NCBI GenBank assembly: GCA_964355855.1
Contig: CAYHFD010000004.1
Location: 1-40,787, forward strand
Source of the DNA: an uncultured Candidatus Saccharibacteria bacterium
GTDB taxonomy: Bacteria; Patescibacteriota; Minisyncoccia; Phycocordibacterales; XYD1-FULL-46-19
DNA: 40,787 nt
Direction of reading: 5' to 3'
The notes under the pieces: model-generated
What the model saw: the letters and a program-made list of their open reading frames with translations, nothing else
Databases searched by the model: none
What the model was told of the DNA's origin: nothing
Shown: positions 24,848-34,777 of the stretch, one piece after another
Position numbering within the stretch: the stretch's first letter is position 1
Layout of the letters: each line of letters starts with the position of its first letter
Position numbers and translations under genes: made by a program

Positions 24848-25522
24848 TTGCTTCCCCCTTCATTTAATCACCATTCATATTTAGTAATAGGCGATCAAGC
24901 AGTCGCTCTTTTAAAATTACGCGAGCGATTAGAGCTAGAAATGGGACACAGTTTAGAATCAGATCCCGATTCGTTAGTGTTAAAGTATAAAAATTTTGGG
25001 GTAGATGATAGTCGTGAGCTTAAAGGTCGGATATTGGGCCGACCACTGGCTGGACAAAATAAAAATATAATAGTGACAGTGGGTAATATGACCAATGCTG
25101 CTCAAAATGCCTTACTGAAGGTCCTAGAGGAACCAACCACTAGCACTCGTATTTTTATTATTGCTCGTTCAATTAAACTTTTTTTAGCTACTATAATTTC
25201 TCGTTCGGAAATAATAATACTAAATGAGGATAGTGATTGGCCAGAAAATTATTACTATAAATTAGCTTCTGATTTCATTTGCGCTTCTCCGGCCGGTCGA
25301 CTTGGCACCTTGTTTTTGTGGCAAAAAGAGGAAAAAATTACCAAAGATTTTCTAGTTGGTTTTTTAGACTGCCTGGAAAATATTAATACTCAAAAGTTTG
25401 GTATGTCTTCAGACTGGAAAAAACCAGTTGTATTGGCCCGCAAATATATTTATGACCAAGCGCTTTTACCACGGTTGGTACTTGAATATCTAGCCGTGGC
25501 TTTGCCGGTGGCTCGGGTTTAG
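24848..25522 (+). CDS. holB: DNA polymerase III delta'-like clamp-loader subunit (short form)
   Basis: MTNAAQNALLKVLEEP, L.TIISR. The start is uncertain; TTG24848 was chosen. Confidence 0.72.
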   Translation: MLPPSFNHHSYLVIGDQAVALLKLRERLELEMGHSLESDPDSLVLKYKNFGVDDSRELKGRILGRPLAGQNKNIIVTVGNMTNAAQNALLKVLEEPTTSTRIFIIARSIKLFLATIISRSEIIILNEDSDWPENYYYKLASDFICASPAGRLGTLFLWQKEEKITKDFLVGFLDCLENINTQKFGMSSDWKKPVVLARKYIYDQALLPRLVLEYLAVALPVARV

Positions 25523-25543
25523 TCCAGATGTTATAATAACGCC

Positions 25544-26095
25544 ATGTCGTATAATTTTTCACAATTTAGCACCCGCACTAATGAAATAGAGGATTGGCTT
25601 AAAAAGGAATTTGCGGCAGTTAGGACTGGCAAGGCTTCGCCTCTTTTTTTAGATAATGTTTTGGTTGAATCATATGGAACAAAAACACCAATCAAACATA
25701 TTGCCGCTATTTCTATTGAAGATGCCAAAACTCTACGAGTAAGCCCTTGGGACCGCAATCATGTTAAAGATATAGAAAGTGCGATTGCGGCCGCTAACTT
25801 GGGGGTTTCCACGGCCCCAGATTCGGTTGGAATTAGAATAATTTTTCCGGATCTTTCTAGTGAACGGCGCCTAGTCCTAGCTAAAATTTTAAAAGAAAAA
25901 TTTGAGGAGGCCAAAGTCTCTATCCGCAAGGAAAGAGAAAAAGTCATCGCTGATATTGAAGTTAAGGCTAAAGACAAAGAGATAAGTGAAGACGATAAAT
26001 TTAAATTTAAGGAAGATTTGCAAAAACTAGTTGATGAATCGGTGGTCAAGTTGGAAATTATTACTACCGCCAAAGAAGAAGAAATTAATAAATAA
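25544..26095 (+). CDS. frr: Ribosome recycling factor
   Basis: VRTGKASP, V.SYG, P.LS.ERR, E.AKVSIR, ISEDD. Confidence 0.96.
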   Translation: MSYNFSQFSTRTNEIEDWLKKEFAAVRTGKASPLFLDNVLVESYGTKTPIKHIAAISIEDAKTLRVSPWDRNHVKDIESAIAAANLGVSTAPDSVGIRIIFPDLSSERRLVLAKILKEKFEEAKVSIRKEREKVIADIEVKAKDKEISEDDKFKFKEDLQKLVDESVVKLEIITTAKEEEINK

Positions 26096-26113
26096 TTTAC
26101 TATTGTAAAATTT

Positions 26114-27211
26114 ATGACCGCTATCCTTTTTATTTTAATTATTGCTGTTTTGGTTTTTGTGCATGAACTAGGACATTTTTTAGCGGCCAAATTTTTTGGG
26201 GTGCGAGTCGATGAATTTGGCCTTGGTTTCCCTCCGCGGGCCATAGCGTGGAAAAAAGGGGAAACTACTTATTCTTTGAACTTTGTGCCATTTGGTGGTT
26301 TTGTCAAAATATTTGGGGAAACCCCCAACGAAGAGACTGAACAAGGACCAGATCGACCCCACAGTCTTACTTTTAAACCCAAATGGCAACAAGCATTAAT
26401 TTTGTTTGGCGGAGTATTTTTTAATTGGCTTTTTGCCTGGTTGCTTATTTCGATTGGTTTTATGTCTGGTTTACCAATGTCGACCGAAAGTGCCAAAGGT
26501 GGAGGCTTTAATTTAGAAAATACTCAAACTGCTATTATTCAAATAATGCCCGGCTCACCCGCTGAAAAAGCCGGACTTACAGCCGGAGATAAAATTATTT
26601 ATATTGCGACCGCTAAAACTAAAGTTGATAAGCCAAACGTAGCCCAGTTTCAACAAGCTATTAAAACTGCTCCCAACCTAGTGACGGTCGGATATGAAAG
26701 AAGGGGTAGTTTGAAGCAAACTAGTTTAACGCCGATAAATGGTTTAACTGCTGGTGGTCTAGCGATTGGGGTTGCCTTAGACGAAATTGGCAGTCTTAAA
26801 TTACCAGTTCATTTAGCGGTATGGCATGGTTTTGATTACACTTTTAAAATGACTGGCAGTCTATTGTCGGGATTAAAAGAAGTGGTTACTGGTTTGTTGG
26901 CGGGTAATTCAGTCAAGGAGGCCGTGGTTGGTCCAATCGGGATTGCCGGATTGGTTGGCGACGCGCGAGCTTTGGGTTTCATTTACGTTCTAACTTTTGC
27001 CGCCTTTATTTCACTAGATTTAGCGATTATTAACCTTATTCCTTTCCCCGCCTTAGATGGTGGCCGCTTGTTTTTTCTTCTTATTGAGGCTATTAAAGGT
27101 TCACCAATTAAGCCTAAAATTGCCAACATCTTTAATTTGGTTGGATTTTTGTTGCTTATTTGTCTAATGGTATTTATTACTATCATTGACATCATCCGTT
27201 CTTTTAATTGA
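26114..27211 (+). CDS. rseP: Site-2 (M50) intramembrane zinc metalloprotease with PDZ domain
   Basis: HELGH, PFGGFV, SPAEKAGL.AGD, NLIPFPALDGG. Confidence 0.95.
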   Translation: MTAILFILIIAVLVFVHELGHFLAAKFFGVRVDEFGLGFPPRAIAWKKGETTYSLNFVPFGGFVKIFGETPNEETEQGPDRPHSLTFKPKWQQALILFGGVFFNWLFAWLLISIGFMSGLPMSTESAKGGGFNLENTQTAIIQIMPGSPAEKAGLTAGDKIIYIATAKTKVDKPNVAQFQQAIKTAPNLVTVGYERRGSLKQTSLTPINGLTAGGLAIGVALDEIGSLKLPVHLAVWHGFDYTFKMTGSLLSGLKEVVTGLLAGNSVKEAVVGPIGIAGLVGDARALGFIYVLTFAAFISLDLAIINLIPFPALDGGRLFFLLIEAIKGSPIKPKIANIFNLVGFLLLICLMVFITIIDIIRSFN

Positions 27212-27280
27212 TAAAAAAACATAAAAACTAATAATCTGGGTCGTTTTGACCCCCCTTCATTTTTAGTCTATTATTAGTCA

Positions 27281-28531
27281 ATGCAACAAACAAAACTCTT
27301 TACTAAGACTAGACGAGAGGACCCAACTGATGAAACCTCTCAAAATGCCAAATTACTCATTAGGGCTGGTTTTGTTCACAAAGAAATGGCTGGTGTTTAT
27401 TCTTTTTTACCTTTAGGCCTTAAGGTTTTAGAAAAAATAAAGGCGATTGTCAGAGAGGAAATGAATAATATTGGGGCGGAAGAATTAGTCCTGACTGCTC
27501 TACAAGATAAGGAGTTGTGGCAGAAAACTGACCGTTGGGACGACGCCAAAGTTGATATTTGGTTTAAAACAAAATTAAAAAATGGTACCGAGCTAGGTTT
27601 AGGTATGAGTCACGAGGAACCATTGGTGCAGATTATGAAAGACCACATTAAGTCGTATCGTGACCTGCCGGTTTTTGCTTACCAATTTCAAACAAAGTTT
27701 CGCAACGAATTGCGACCCAAATCGGGGATTATGCGCGGACGAGAATTTTTAATGAAGGACATGTATTCTTTTCACACCAGCGAAGACGATTTAGATGACT
27801 TTTACTCCAAAGTTGAAAAGGCCTACGAGCGGGTTTATGAGCGGGTGGGTCTGGGGGATAGGACCTTTAAAACTTTTGCCTCGGGTGGTATTTTTGCCAA
27901 GTATAGTCATGAATACCAAACCTTAAGTGAAGCTGGTGAGGACACCATTTATGTTTCGCGGGCCAAAAACATTGCAATTAATGAAGAGGTTTATACCGAT
28001 GAAGTGCTAAATGATATTGGTCTTGAGCGAAGTGAACTTGAAATAGCCAAGGCTATTGAAGTGGGTAATATTTTTAAACTTGGTACGCGTTTTTCCGAAC
28101 CATTAGGGTTACAATATTTAGATGAAACTGGCAAAGCTCACCCGGTGGTTATGGGTTGTTTTGGACTTGGTATATCCAGACTAATGGGGACTATTGTCGA
28201 AACCTGGTCTGACCAGGGTGGAATGGTTTGGCCCAAAGCCGTTGCCCCTTTCGCGGTACATCTGGTTTCTCTTGGTAATACTAATGACGTAGTGACCACC
28301 GCTTTTGATTTATACGCTAAACTTAAATCTAACAACATCGAAGTTCTTTACGATGACCGCGAATTATCCGCGGGTGAAAAATTATCTGACGCCGATCTTT
28401 TGGGTATACCCAAGCGGGTGGTGGTGAGCGAAAAAACTATTGCCGGTGGTAAATTAGAAGTTAAAGATCGGCGGACCGGAGTGGTTGATTTTCAAACAGT
28501 CGAAGAGTTGATTTCTAATTTACGCCAATAA
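27281..28531 (+). CDS. proS: Prolyl-tRNA synthetase (short form without the INS editing domain)
   Basis: LLIRAGF, HEE, QTKFRNELRP.SG.MRGREFLMKDMYSF, IEVGNIFKLG, MGCFGLGISR and a C-terminal anticodon-binding domain. Confidence 0.95.
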   Translation: MQQTKLFTKTRREDPTDETSQNAKLLIRAGFVHKEMAGVYSFLPLGLKVLEKIKAIVREEMNNIGAEELVLTALQDKELWQKTDRWDDAKVDIWFKTKLKNGTELGLGMSHEEPLVQIMKDHIKSYRDLPVFAYQFQTKFRNELRPKSGIMRGREFLMKDMYSFHTSEDDLDDFYSKVEKAYERVYERVGLGDRTFKTFASGGIFAKYSHEYQTLSEAGEDTIYVSRAKNIAINEEVYTDEVLNDIGLERSELEIAKAIEVGNIFKLGTRFSEPLGLQYLDETGKAHPVVMGCFGLGISRLMGTIVETWSDQGGMVWPKAVAPFAVHLVSLGNTNDVVTTAFDLYAKLKSNNIEVLYDDRELSAGEKLSDADLLGIPKRVVVSEKTIAGGKLEVKDRRTGVVDFQTVEELISNLRQ

Positions 28532-28546
28532 TATAAATTTTCTACC

Positions 28547-29599
28547 ATGATTGAACGTTTTCGTGAAATGATGTCATATGATATTGGTATCGACCTCGGT
28601 ACCGCTAATACTTTAGTGTATGTTAAAGGTAGTGGAATTGTCATGGCTGAACCGTCAATTGTCGCTTTAAACCAAAAAACTGGTCGAGTGGTGGCGGTTG
28701 GAGAAGATGCCAGCCAAATGATTGGCCGTACACCAGCTCATATTACAGCGGTTAGGCCACTAGAAAATGGCGTTATTTCTAATTTTGAGGTAGCTGAAGA
28801 AATGTTGGCCTATTTTTTACGCAAAGCGACTGCCGATTTACCTAAAAAATTTTTTCGTCCACGGGTGGTAATTGGTGTGCCATCAGGTATTACTAATGTG
28901 GAAAGACGAGCCGTGCGTGATGCGGTAAAAAACGCCGGCGCGGGAGAAGTACATATTATTGAGGAACCAATGGCGGCGGCTTTAGGTATTCGGTTGCCTG
29001 TCCATGACCCGGTCGGGACGATGATTATTGACATGGGGGGTGGGACGACTGATATCGCCGTCATTTCTCTTGGTGGAGTAGTTAATGCAAAAAATCTTCA
29101 TATTGCTGGTGAAAAATTAAATCAAGATATTATTGGCTATGTCCGCGATGAATTTAAAATTTTATTAGGTGAACGAACGGCGGAAGAAGTAAAAGTAGCC
29201 ATTGGTTCAGTGCAAAAATTAGACGAACCACTCGAAGCTGCTATTCGCGGGCGTGATTTAGTTACTGGCCTACCGCGCGAGGTTATTATTACTGATTCTG
29301 ATATTAGAGAGGCTATTCAGTCTTCTATTATGCAGTTGGTAGAGGCAATTAAAGAAGTGCTTGAGTCTACGCCACCAGAAGTTATCTCTGATATAATGCA
29401 TCGTGGTATTGTTTTGGTTGGTGGCGCCGCCCAGTTGTCGGGTATGAAAAAACTACTAGAGCACGAATTGCATATCCCTATTCATTTAGTCGATGAACCA
29501 TATACGGCTGTCGTCAGGGGGACTGGTATTATTCTAGAAGACATAGATTTACATCGCGAAATATTAATTGACAATGAAGACGAATTACCTCCTCGATAA
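28547..29599 (+). CDS. mreB: Rod shape-determining protein MreB (operonic copy)
   Basis: GIDLGTANT, IEEPMAAA, DMGGGTTDIAVISLGG. Followed by mreC. Confidence 0.96.
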   Translation: MIERFREMMSYDIGIDLGTANTLVYVKGSGIVMAEPSIVALNQKTGRVVAVGEDASQMIGRTPAHITAVRPLENGVISNFEVAEEMLAYFLRKATADLPKKFFRPRVVIGVPSGITNVERRAVRDAVKNAGAGEVHIIEEPMAAALGIRLPVHDPVGTMIIDMGGGTTDIAVISLGGVVNAKNLHIAGEKLNQDIIGYVRDEFKILLGERTAEEVKVAIGSVQKLDEPLEAAIRGRDLVTGLPREVIITDSDIREAIQSSIMQLVEAIKEVLESTPPEVISDIMHRGIVLVGGAAQLSGMKKLLEHELHIPIHLVDEPYTAVVRGTGIILEDIDLHREILIDNEDELPPR

Positions 29600-30413
29600 A
29601 AAAACTATTTTTAGTAACCGCCCCCGCCGGGGCGGGGGCGGTCCTTGGACTTTCTTAATTATTCTAATAATTGTGTTTACCCTTGGTGGGTTTTTTGTTT
29701 ATCAGTTATTTTCTGGACCAGCGACCAAAATTGTGACACCAATGAAGGCTGGTGGTAGCGCCCTAGTCTTTTCCTTGGGGAATAGCTTGCCATACTTTCG
29801 GGCCAAAGAATCCTTAGTGAGAGAAAATTTAGAATTGAAATCAAAATTAAACATAGCCCGTCGGCAGGTGACCGGAATGTCTATCAAACTTGATGAATTG
29901 TCGACTTTGGCTCAATCGGTTGGTCGTGATTATAATAATCACTCAAACATTACCATAGCCAAAGTGTTAGCACCCACGGGTTTTTTGACCTACGATCTAT
30001 TATTGATTGATCGGGGAAATAAAACTTTGGGCAAAATTAATAGTATCAAGCGTGGCGATTTGGCTTTAAGTGAAAATAATTTACTCTTGGGTGAAGTGGT
30101 CGAGGTCGGTGCTTTTGTTAGTAAAGTCAGACTTTATTCTTCGGCTGGCCGAAAAACCGCTATTGCCATTGGTCATGAAAATATTTCAGCTTTAGCTGTT
30201 GGTCGGGGCGGTGGCAACTATCTAGCCACTCTACCAGTAGCCAGCAAGATTGTTCACAATGATTTGGTCAGAGTAACAAGAAATAATCGAGAATATATTT
30301 TAGGGGTAGTGGGGGCAATTGAAAAAAGCGAGGAAGCGCCATATCAGCGAATTTATATCAAACCAACAGTCAATATTTATGAACTACGATTCATCGGTCT
30401 TGGTCAGCGCTAG
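29574..30413 (+). CDS. mreC: Rod shape-determining protein MreC
   Basis: TM helix, LVRENLELK coiled coil, LLIDRG, LLGEVVEV, GRGGG. Synteny with mreB. Confidence 0.85.
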   Translation: MKTNYLLDKKTIFSNRPRRGGGGPWTFLIILIIVFTLGGFFVYQLFSGPATKIVTPMKAGGSALVFSLGNSLPYFRAKESLVRENLELKSKLNIARRQVTGMSIKLDELSTLAQSVGRDYNNHSNITIAKVLAPTGFLTYDLLLIDRGNKTLGKINSIKRGDLALSENNLLLGEVVEVGAFVSKVRLYSSAGRKTAIAIGHENISALAVGRGGGNYLATLPVASKIVHNDLVRVTRNNREYILGVVGAIEKSEEAPYQRIYIKPTVNIYELRFIGLGQR

Positions 30414-30660
30414 GGTTATTTGGGGGTTGGCCGTACTTTTTTCGCTGATATTTTTACCCGGGATATGGTTAGTGGTTTTGGCAGTTTTGGGTGCTCTAAT
30501 TTTCCCGTTTTATTTTGAGGGGGTTTTGGTTGTACTTTTGTTTGAGTTGACCGTAAAACCAGATTATATTGGGGTCTGGTTTCTTCACTTGTGGGCTACC
30601 GTGTTAATTATTTTAATGATTGGATTGGGCCAATTTTTGCGTTCGCGACTTATGGTATAA
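30379..30660 (+). CDS. Small membrane protein in the MreD position
   Basis: About 3 TM helices between mreC and mrdA. The call rests on synteny only. Confidence 0.55.
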   Translation: MNYDSSVLVSARVIWGLAVLFSLIFLPGIWLVVLAVLGALIFPFYFEGVLVVLLFELTVKPDYIGVWFLHLWATVLIILMIGLGQFLRSRLMV

Positions 30661-30668
30661 TCGGGCAG

Positions 30669-32345
30669 ATGCTCTCAATTTTAAGAAGGATATTAAAACT
30701 AAAATCTAGTCGCAAAATTCTTGATCCCGATGAAATTTTTTTGGATTCTCGTAATTTGCCGTCATTCAATACCCAGCAGTTTGAGGGGATAATAGAAAAG
30801 CCGATTGATAAAAATTCGCTGATTCTCGCTGGGCTAGTTTTTTTATTAATTGGTCTAATTTTTATCTTTCGGATTGGTTTTTTGCAAGTAATTCAAGGTG
30901 ATGGTTTTGCGTTGCGTAGTAATCAAAATCGTCTTCGTCACACTTTGGTTTTTGCTGATCGTGGAATAATTTATGATCGTAACGGAGTGTCTCTGGCCTG
31001 GAATGACCCTAATCGAAAGTACATAAACAAAGAGGGCTTTGCCCATATTTTAGGCTATATTGGTTTTCCTAATAAGTTAGAGCTAAAAGAAAAGGATTTC
31101 GATCCTAAAGAATATATGGGTAAATCTGGGGTAGAAAACACCTTCAATGATATTTTGATGGGTGAAAAGGGAGTCAAAATCGAGGAATTGAATGCTCTTG
31201 GTAAAATCGAATCTGACCATGTGCTTAAGGTGGCTCGGCCTGGCGAAAGTGTCACTATTTCAATTGACTCACGAGTGCAGGCCGAAGCCTATCGGATTAT
31301 CAAAGAAATTGCCTCCGAGCACGGTTTTACTGGCGCAGCTGCCGCTATTATGGATATTAAAACTGGCGAAATGCTAGCTTTGGTTTCATACCCAGAATTT
31401 GATTCTAACATTATGGCTTCGGGAAAAAATCGCCAAGCGATTAATAAATTTTTGACAGACAAAGGAAATCTTTTTCTCAATCGACCAGTGTCTGGTTTGT
31501 ATACCCCAGGTTCGACCATTAAGCCATATATTGGTTTAGCCGCCTTAGCCGAAAATTTAATTTCTCCTAGTAAGATCATTGTCTCGACCGGTCGCTTGGT
31601 GGTACCAAATCCCTATTTTCCTGATAAGCCAAGTATTTTTCTAGATAACAAAGTTCATGGAGCGGTCGACATGCGTCGAGCGCTGGCCGTTTCATCTAAT
31701 GTTTATTTTTATACTATTGGTGGTGGTTTTGGTGATCAGCCTGGTTTAGGTATAAAACTAATTGATAAATATAGTGGTTTGTTTGGTTTTGGGGTGCCAA
31801 CTGGTATTGAATTAAATAATGAAGGGGCAGGAGTAGTGCCCAGTCCCGATTGGAAGAAGAAAGTTTTTTCCGATGAGCCTTGGCGACTAGGCGATACATA
31901 TCACACCGCCATTGGTCAGTATGGCTATTTAGTAACTCCGCTACAGATTGCCCGAGCGGTAGCGACAATCGCGAGCGATGGTCAAGTGTTGCGTCCAACC
32001 TTGGTGGCTCGGCCTAAAACTCCTAAAATTTTACGCGCAATGGATGTTCCGGCTGAAGATTTCGAGGTTATTAAAGAGGGAATGAGGCAGACCGTTACTG
32101 GTGGTACAGGTATTGTGCTTAATACCCCAAATGTAAATGTGGCCGCCAAATCTGGTACGGCTCAAGTGGCATCAAAAAGCCGAATAAATGCTTGGATTAG
32201 CGGTTTTTTTCCATATGAGAACCCCCGTTATGCCTTTGTGGTCGTTATGGAAAGTGGACCTCTTACGACCAATGCTGGTGGCGGTATGGTCATGCGTCGC
32301 CTTGTTGACTGGATGGCAATTTATACCCCAGAATATTTACGCTAA
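30669..32345 (+). CDS. mrdA: Penicillin-binding protein 2 (class B transpeptidase)
   Basis: RGIIYDRNG, SxxK (STIK), SxN (SSN), KSGTAQ. Lies in the mre operon. Confidence 0.92.
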   Translation: MLSILRRILKLKSSRKILDPDEIFLDSRNLPSFNTQQFEGIIEKPIDKNSLILAGLVFLLIGLIFIFRIGFLQVIQGDGFALRSNQNRLRHTLVFADRGIIYDRNGVSLAWNDPNRKYINKEGFAHILGYIGFPNKLELKEKDFDPKEYMGKSGVENTFNDILMGEKGVKIEELNALGKIESDHVLKVARPGESVTISIDSRVQAEAYRIIKEIASEHGFTGAAAAIMDIKTGEMLALVSYPEFDSNIMASGKNRQAINKFLTDKGNLFLNRPVSGLYTPGSTIKPYIGLAALAENLISPSKIIVSTGRLVVPNPYFPDKPSIFLDNKVHGAVDMRRALAVSSNVYFYTIGGGFGDQPGLGIKLIDKYSGLFGFGVPTGIELNNEGAGVVPSPDWKKKVFSDEPWRLGDTYHTAIGQYGYLVTPLQIARAVATIASDGQVLRPTLVARPKTPKILRAMDVPAEDFEVIKEGMRQTVTGGTGIVLNTPNVNVAAKSGTAQVASKSRINAWISGFFPYENPRYAFVVVMESGPLTTNAGGGMVMRRLVDWMAIYTPEYLR

Positions 32346-32352
32346 GTTGGTT

Positions 32353-32381
32353 TTGACGGGAGGAGCAAAATAATATATACT
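32353..32381 (+). promoter_or_regulatory. greA-lysS promoter
   Basis: TTGACG-17 nt-TATACT. Confidence 0.7.
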
Positions 32382-32435
32382 ACAGCGGTACTTTTTTGAA
32401 CACTGTTGGTATTATCAAGGTAATATTATCTTTAC

Positions 32436-32906
32436 ATGATGAATACGGCTCCAGCATATCTTAGTGAAGAAAAACACAAGGAATTAGCTGATGAATTGCA
32501 GAATCTAAAAATGGTTGAGCGCAAGAATATTGCCGAACAACTTGAATATGCGAAGTCTCTTGGCGATTTGTCAGAAAATGCGGAATATCATGAAGCTCGT
32601 GATAAACAAGCGGATATTGAAGACCGGATTGGAGAATTAGAATCCATCTTAAAGACAGCGATTATTATTTCTGGCTCGGGTGGTAAAAGCAAAGTAAATA
32701 TTGGTTCACGGGTGTCAATTGAAAAAAAGGGCGGCGGAAAATCCGATTATGTGATTGTTGGTTCAGAAGAAGCCGATGCTCTAGCGGGTAAAATTTCTCA
32801 TCATTCGCCGCTTGGCTCGGTGCTTATCGATAAGAAGAAAGGAGATCAGGTGATAGTTTCTACACCGAAGGGTGATGTTCAATATACAATCGTTGATATA
32901 AAATAG
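32436..32906 (+). CDS. greA: Transcription elongation factor GreA
   Basis: GDLSENAEY, IVGSEEAD...GKIS..SPLG. Confidence 0.97.
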   Translation: MMNTAPAYLSEEKHKELADELQNLKMVERKNIAEQLEYAKSLGDLSENAEYHEARDKQADIEDRIGELESILKTAIIISGSGGKSKVNIGSRVSIEKKGGGKSDYVIVGSEEADALAGKISHHSPLGSVLIDKKKGDQVIVSTPKGDVQYTIVDIK

Positions 32907-32910
32907 AGAC

Positions 32911-34377
32911 ATGGCTTCTATTGAGGAAATAAGAAATGAGCGTCTCAAAAAACTGGAAATATTAAAAAAATCGGGTGTAGATTCATACCCCGGGAATACT
33001 TCTCGTACGGCTGATATAAAGTCAGTGGTCGATAATTTTTCCAGTCTTAGTGAAAAAGCGGAGGTTGTAACTCTGGCTGGGCGAGTGATGGCCATACGAG
33101 GCCAGGGGGCGATTATCTTTATAAATATTTTTGATGGCACAGGCCAGATTCAAGGCTTATTAAAGGAAGGTGACTTAGAACAGACGATTTTTGATTTTTT
33201 TGTTCAAACGGTTGATATTGCTGATTTTATTGAAGTCACTGGAACTTTGTTTCTAACCAATCGGGGCGAAAAAACGGTGGCAATTACTAGCTGGAAAATG
33301 CTTAGCAAAAGTTTGTTGCCGTTGCCAGAAAAGTGGCACGGTTTAGCCGATGAAGAAACTCGTTTTCGGAAGCGGTATTTGGATATTTTAATGAATAAAG
33401 AAGTTCGCGAAACGATAGAGCTTAAAGCTAAGTTTTGGCAGTTTACTCGCAATTATTTGATTAAAAAGGGTTTTATTGAAGTTGAGACGCCAACTTTAGA
33501 ATTGACCACGGGTGGGGCTGAAGCTAATCCGTTTAAAACTCATCACGCTGATTATGATCTGGATGTTTATTTGCGAATTTCCGTGGGGGAATTGTGGCAG
33601 AAAAAACTTCTGGCGGCCGGCTTGCCGCGGACTTTTGAAATTGGACGGGTCTATCGCAACGAGGGGACCAGTCCCGATCACGCTCAAGAATTTACTAATC
33701 TTGAGTTTTACGTTGCCTATATGGGTTTGGAAGAAGGTATTAGCTTGACCGAGGATTTGTTGCGCGGGTTGGTGCGAGAAGTTTTTGGTCGAACTACTTT
33801 TACCACTCGTGGGTTTACTATCGAGTTTCCGTCTGGCCCTTGGCCTCAAATTGAATATATCGATAAAATAAGAGAAATGACCGGTATTAATGTGCTTACG
33901 GCGACCGAAGACGAGATGAAGCTAAAACTTGATCAACTTCGGGTCAAATATACTGGCGACAATCGCGAGCGTCTTACCGACACTCTGTGGAAATATTGTC
34001 GCAAACAGATCGCGGGGCCAGCTTGGCTCGTCGGTCATCCGAAATTAGTTTCGCCTTTGGCTAAAGCGCGTTCTGATAATCCCGAGCTAACCAACCGGGC
34101 GCAACTGATTTTAGCGGGGGCGGAAGTGACCAATGGTTTTTCCGAATTAAATAATCCGCTCGACCAACGCGAGCGGTTTGAACTCCAACAGCAACTCATT
34201 GACCGCGGGGACAAAGAAGCGATGATGCCCGATTGGGAATTTGTGGAAATGCTAGAACACGGTATGCCCCCAGCCTTTGGACAGGCTTACGGGGACCGCT
34301 TGTTTGCCATGTTGGTTGACAAGCCTCTACGCGAGACCCATATTTTCCCCTTAATGCGCCCCAAAGATCTTAATTAA
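32911..34377 (+). CDS. lysS: Lysyl-tRNA synthetase (class II)
   Basis: LAGRVMAIRGQG, PLPEKWHGL, FIEVETP, GGAEANPF, YRNEG, NGFSELN, LEHGMPP, FPLMRP. Confidence 0.97.
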   Translation: MASIEEIRNERLKKLEILKKSGVDSYPGNTSRTADIKSVVDNFSSLSEKAEVVTLAGRVMAIRGQGAIIFINIFDGTGQIQGLLKEGDLEQTIFDFFVQTVDIADFIEVTGTLFLTNRGEKTVAITSWKMLSKSLLPLPEKWHGLADEETRFRKRYLDILMNKEVRETIELKAKFWQFTRNYLIKKGFIEVETPTLELTTGGAEANPFKTHHADYDLDVYLRISVGELWQKKLLAAGLPRTFEIGRVYRNEGTSPDHAQEFTNLEFYVAYMGLEEGISLTEDLLRGLVREVFGRTTFTTRGFTIEFPSGPWPQIEYIDKIREMTGINVLTATEDEMKLKLDQLRVKYTGDNRERLTDTLWKYCRKQIAGPAWLVGHPKLVSPLAKARSDNPELTNRAQLILAGAEVTNGFSELNNPLDQRERFELQQQLIDRGDKEAMMPDWEFVEMLEHGMPPAFGQAYGDRLFAMLVDKPLRETHIFPLMRPKDLN

Positions 34378-34390
34378 AAATAAATTCTTT

Positions 34391-34777
34391 ATGGTAAACA
34401 AAGACTATCTTATAATTTCTAATCTTGCTTATTTTGTAATTTTTTTATATTTTTCCTTTTTATTTTTATTTATTATTAGTTTTGCTAATATAAATTCGGT
34501 ACCGCTACGCTTTTTCTTGTGGGTAGGTGTTTTTATTCTTTTGCTTGCAAATAGAATTTACATATCAATATGTATTTTTAAAAAATTAAATATCGCTCTA
34601 GTGCCTTATTTATTGAACATTTTATTTATTATTGATTTAATTTGGCTTATTTATCTACTTTTAACTGATTTTGTATATTATATATTATGGATGCCATACA
34701 TTATTCTGCCCATAGCTTTATCTTTATTTGAGATAATATTTCAGTTTAACCTAAAATCTAAGGTGGCTAAATATTAG
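34391..34777 (+). CDS. Very AT-rich four-TM hypothetical membrane protein
   Basis: The ORF fills the gap between lysS and its terminator and is Ile/Leu/Phe/Tyr-rich. Confidence 0.55.
   Translation: MVNKDYLIISNLAYFVIFLYFSFLFLFIISFANINSVPLRFFLWVGVFILLLANRIYISICIFKKLNIALVPYLLNILFIIDLIWLIYLLLTDFVYYILWMPYIILPIALSLFEIIFQFNLKSKVAKY

Noticed and set aside
24806-25522. holB as a pseudogene
   Set aside because: The frame is intact and the family motif is present. Delta' subunits are normally ATPase-inactive, so a short, Walker-less form is not evidence of decay.
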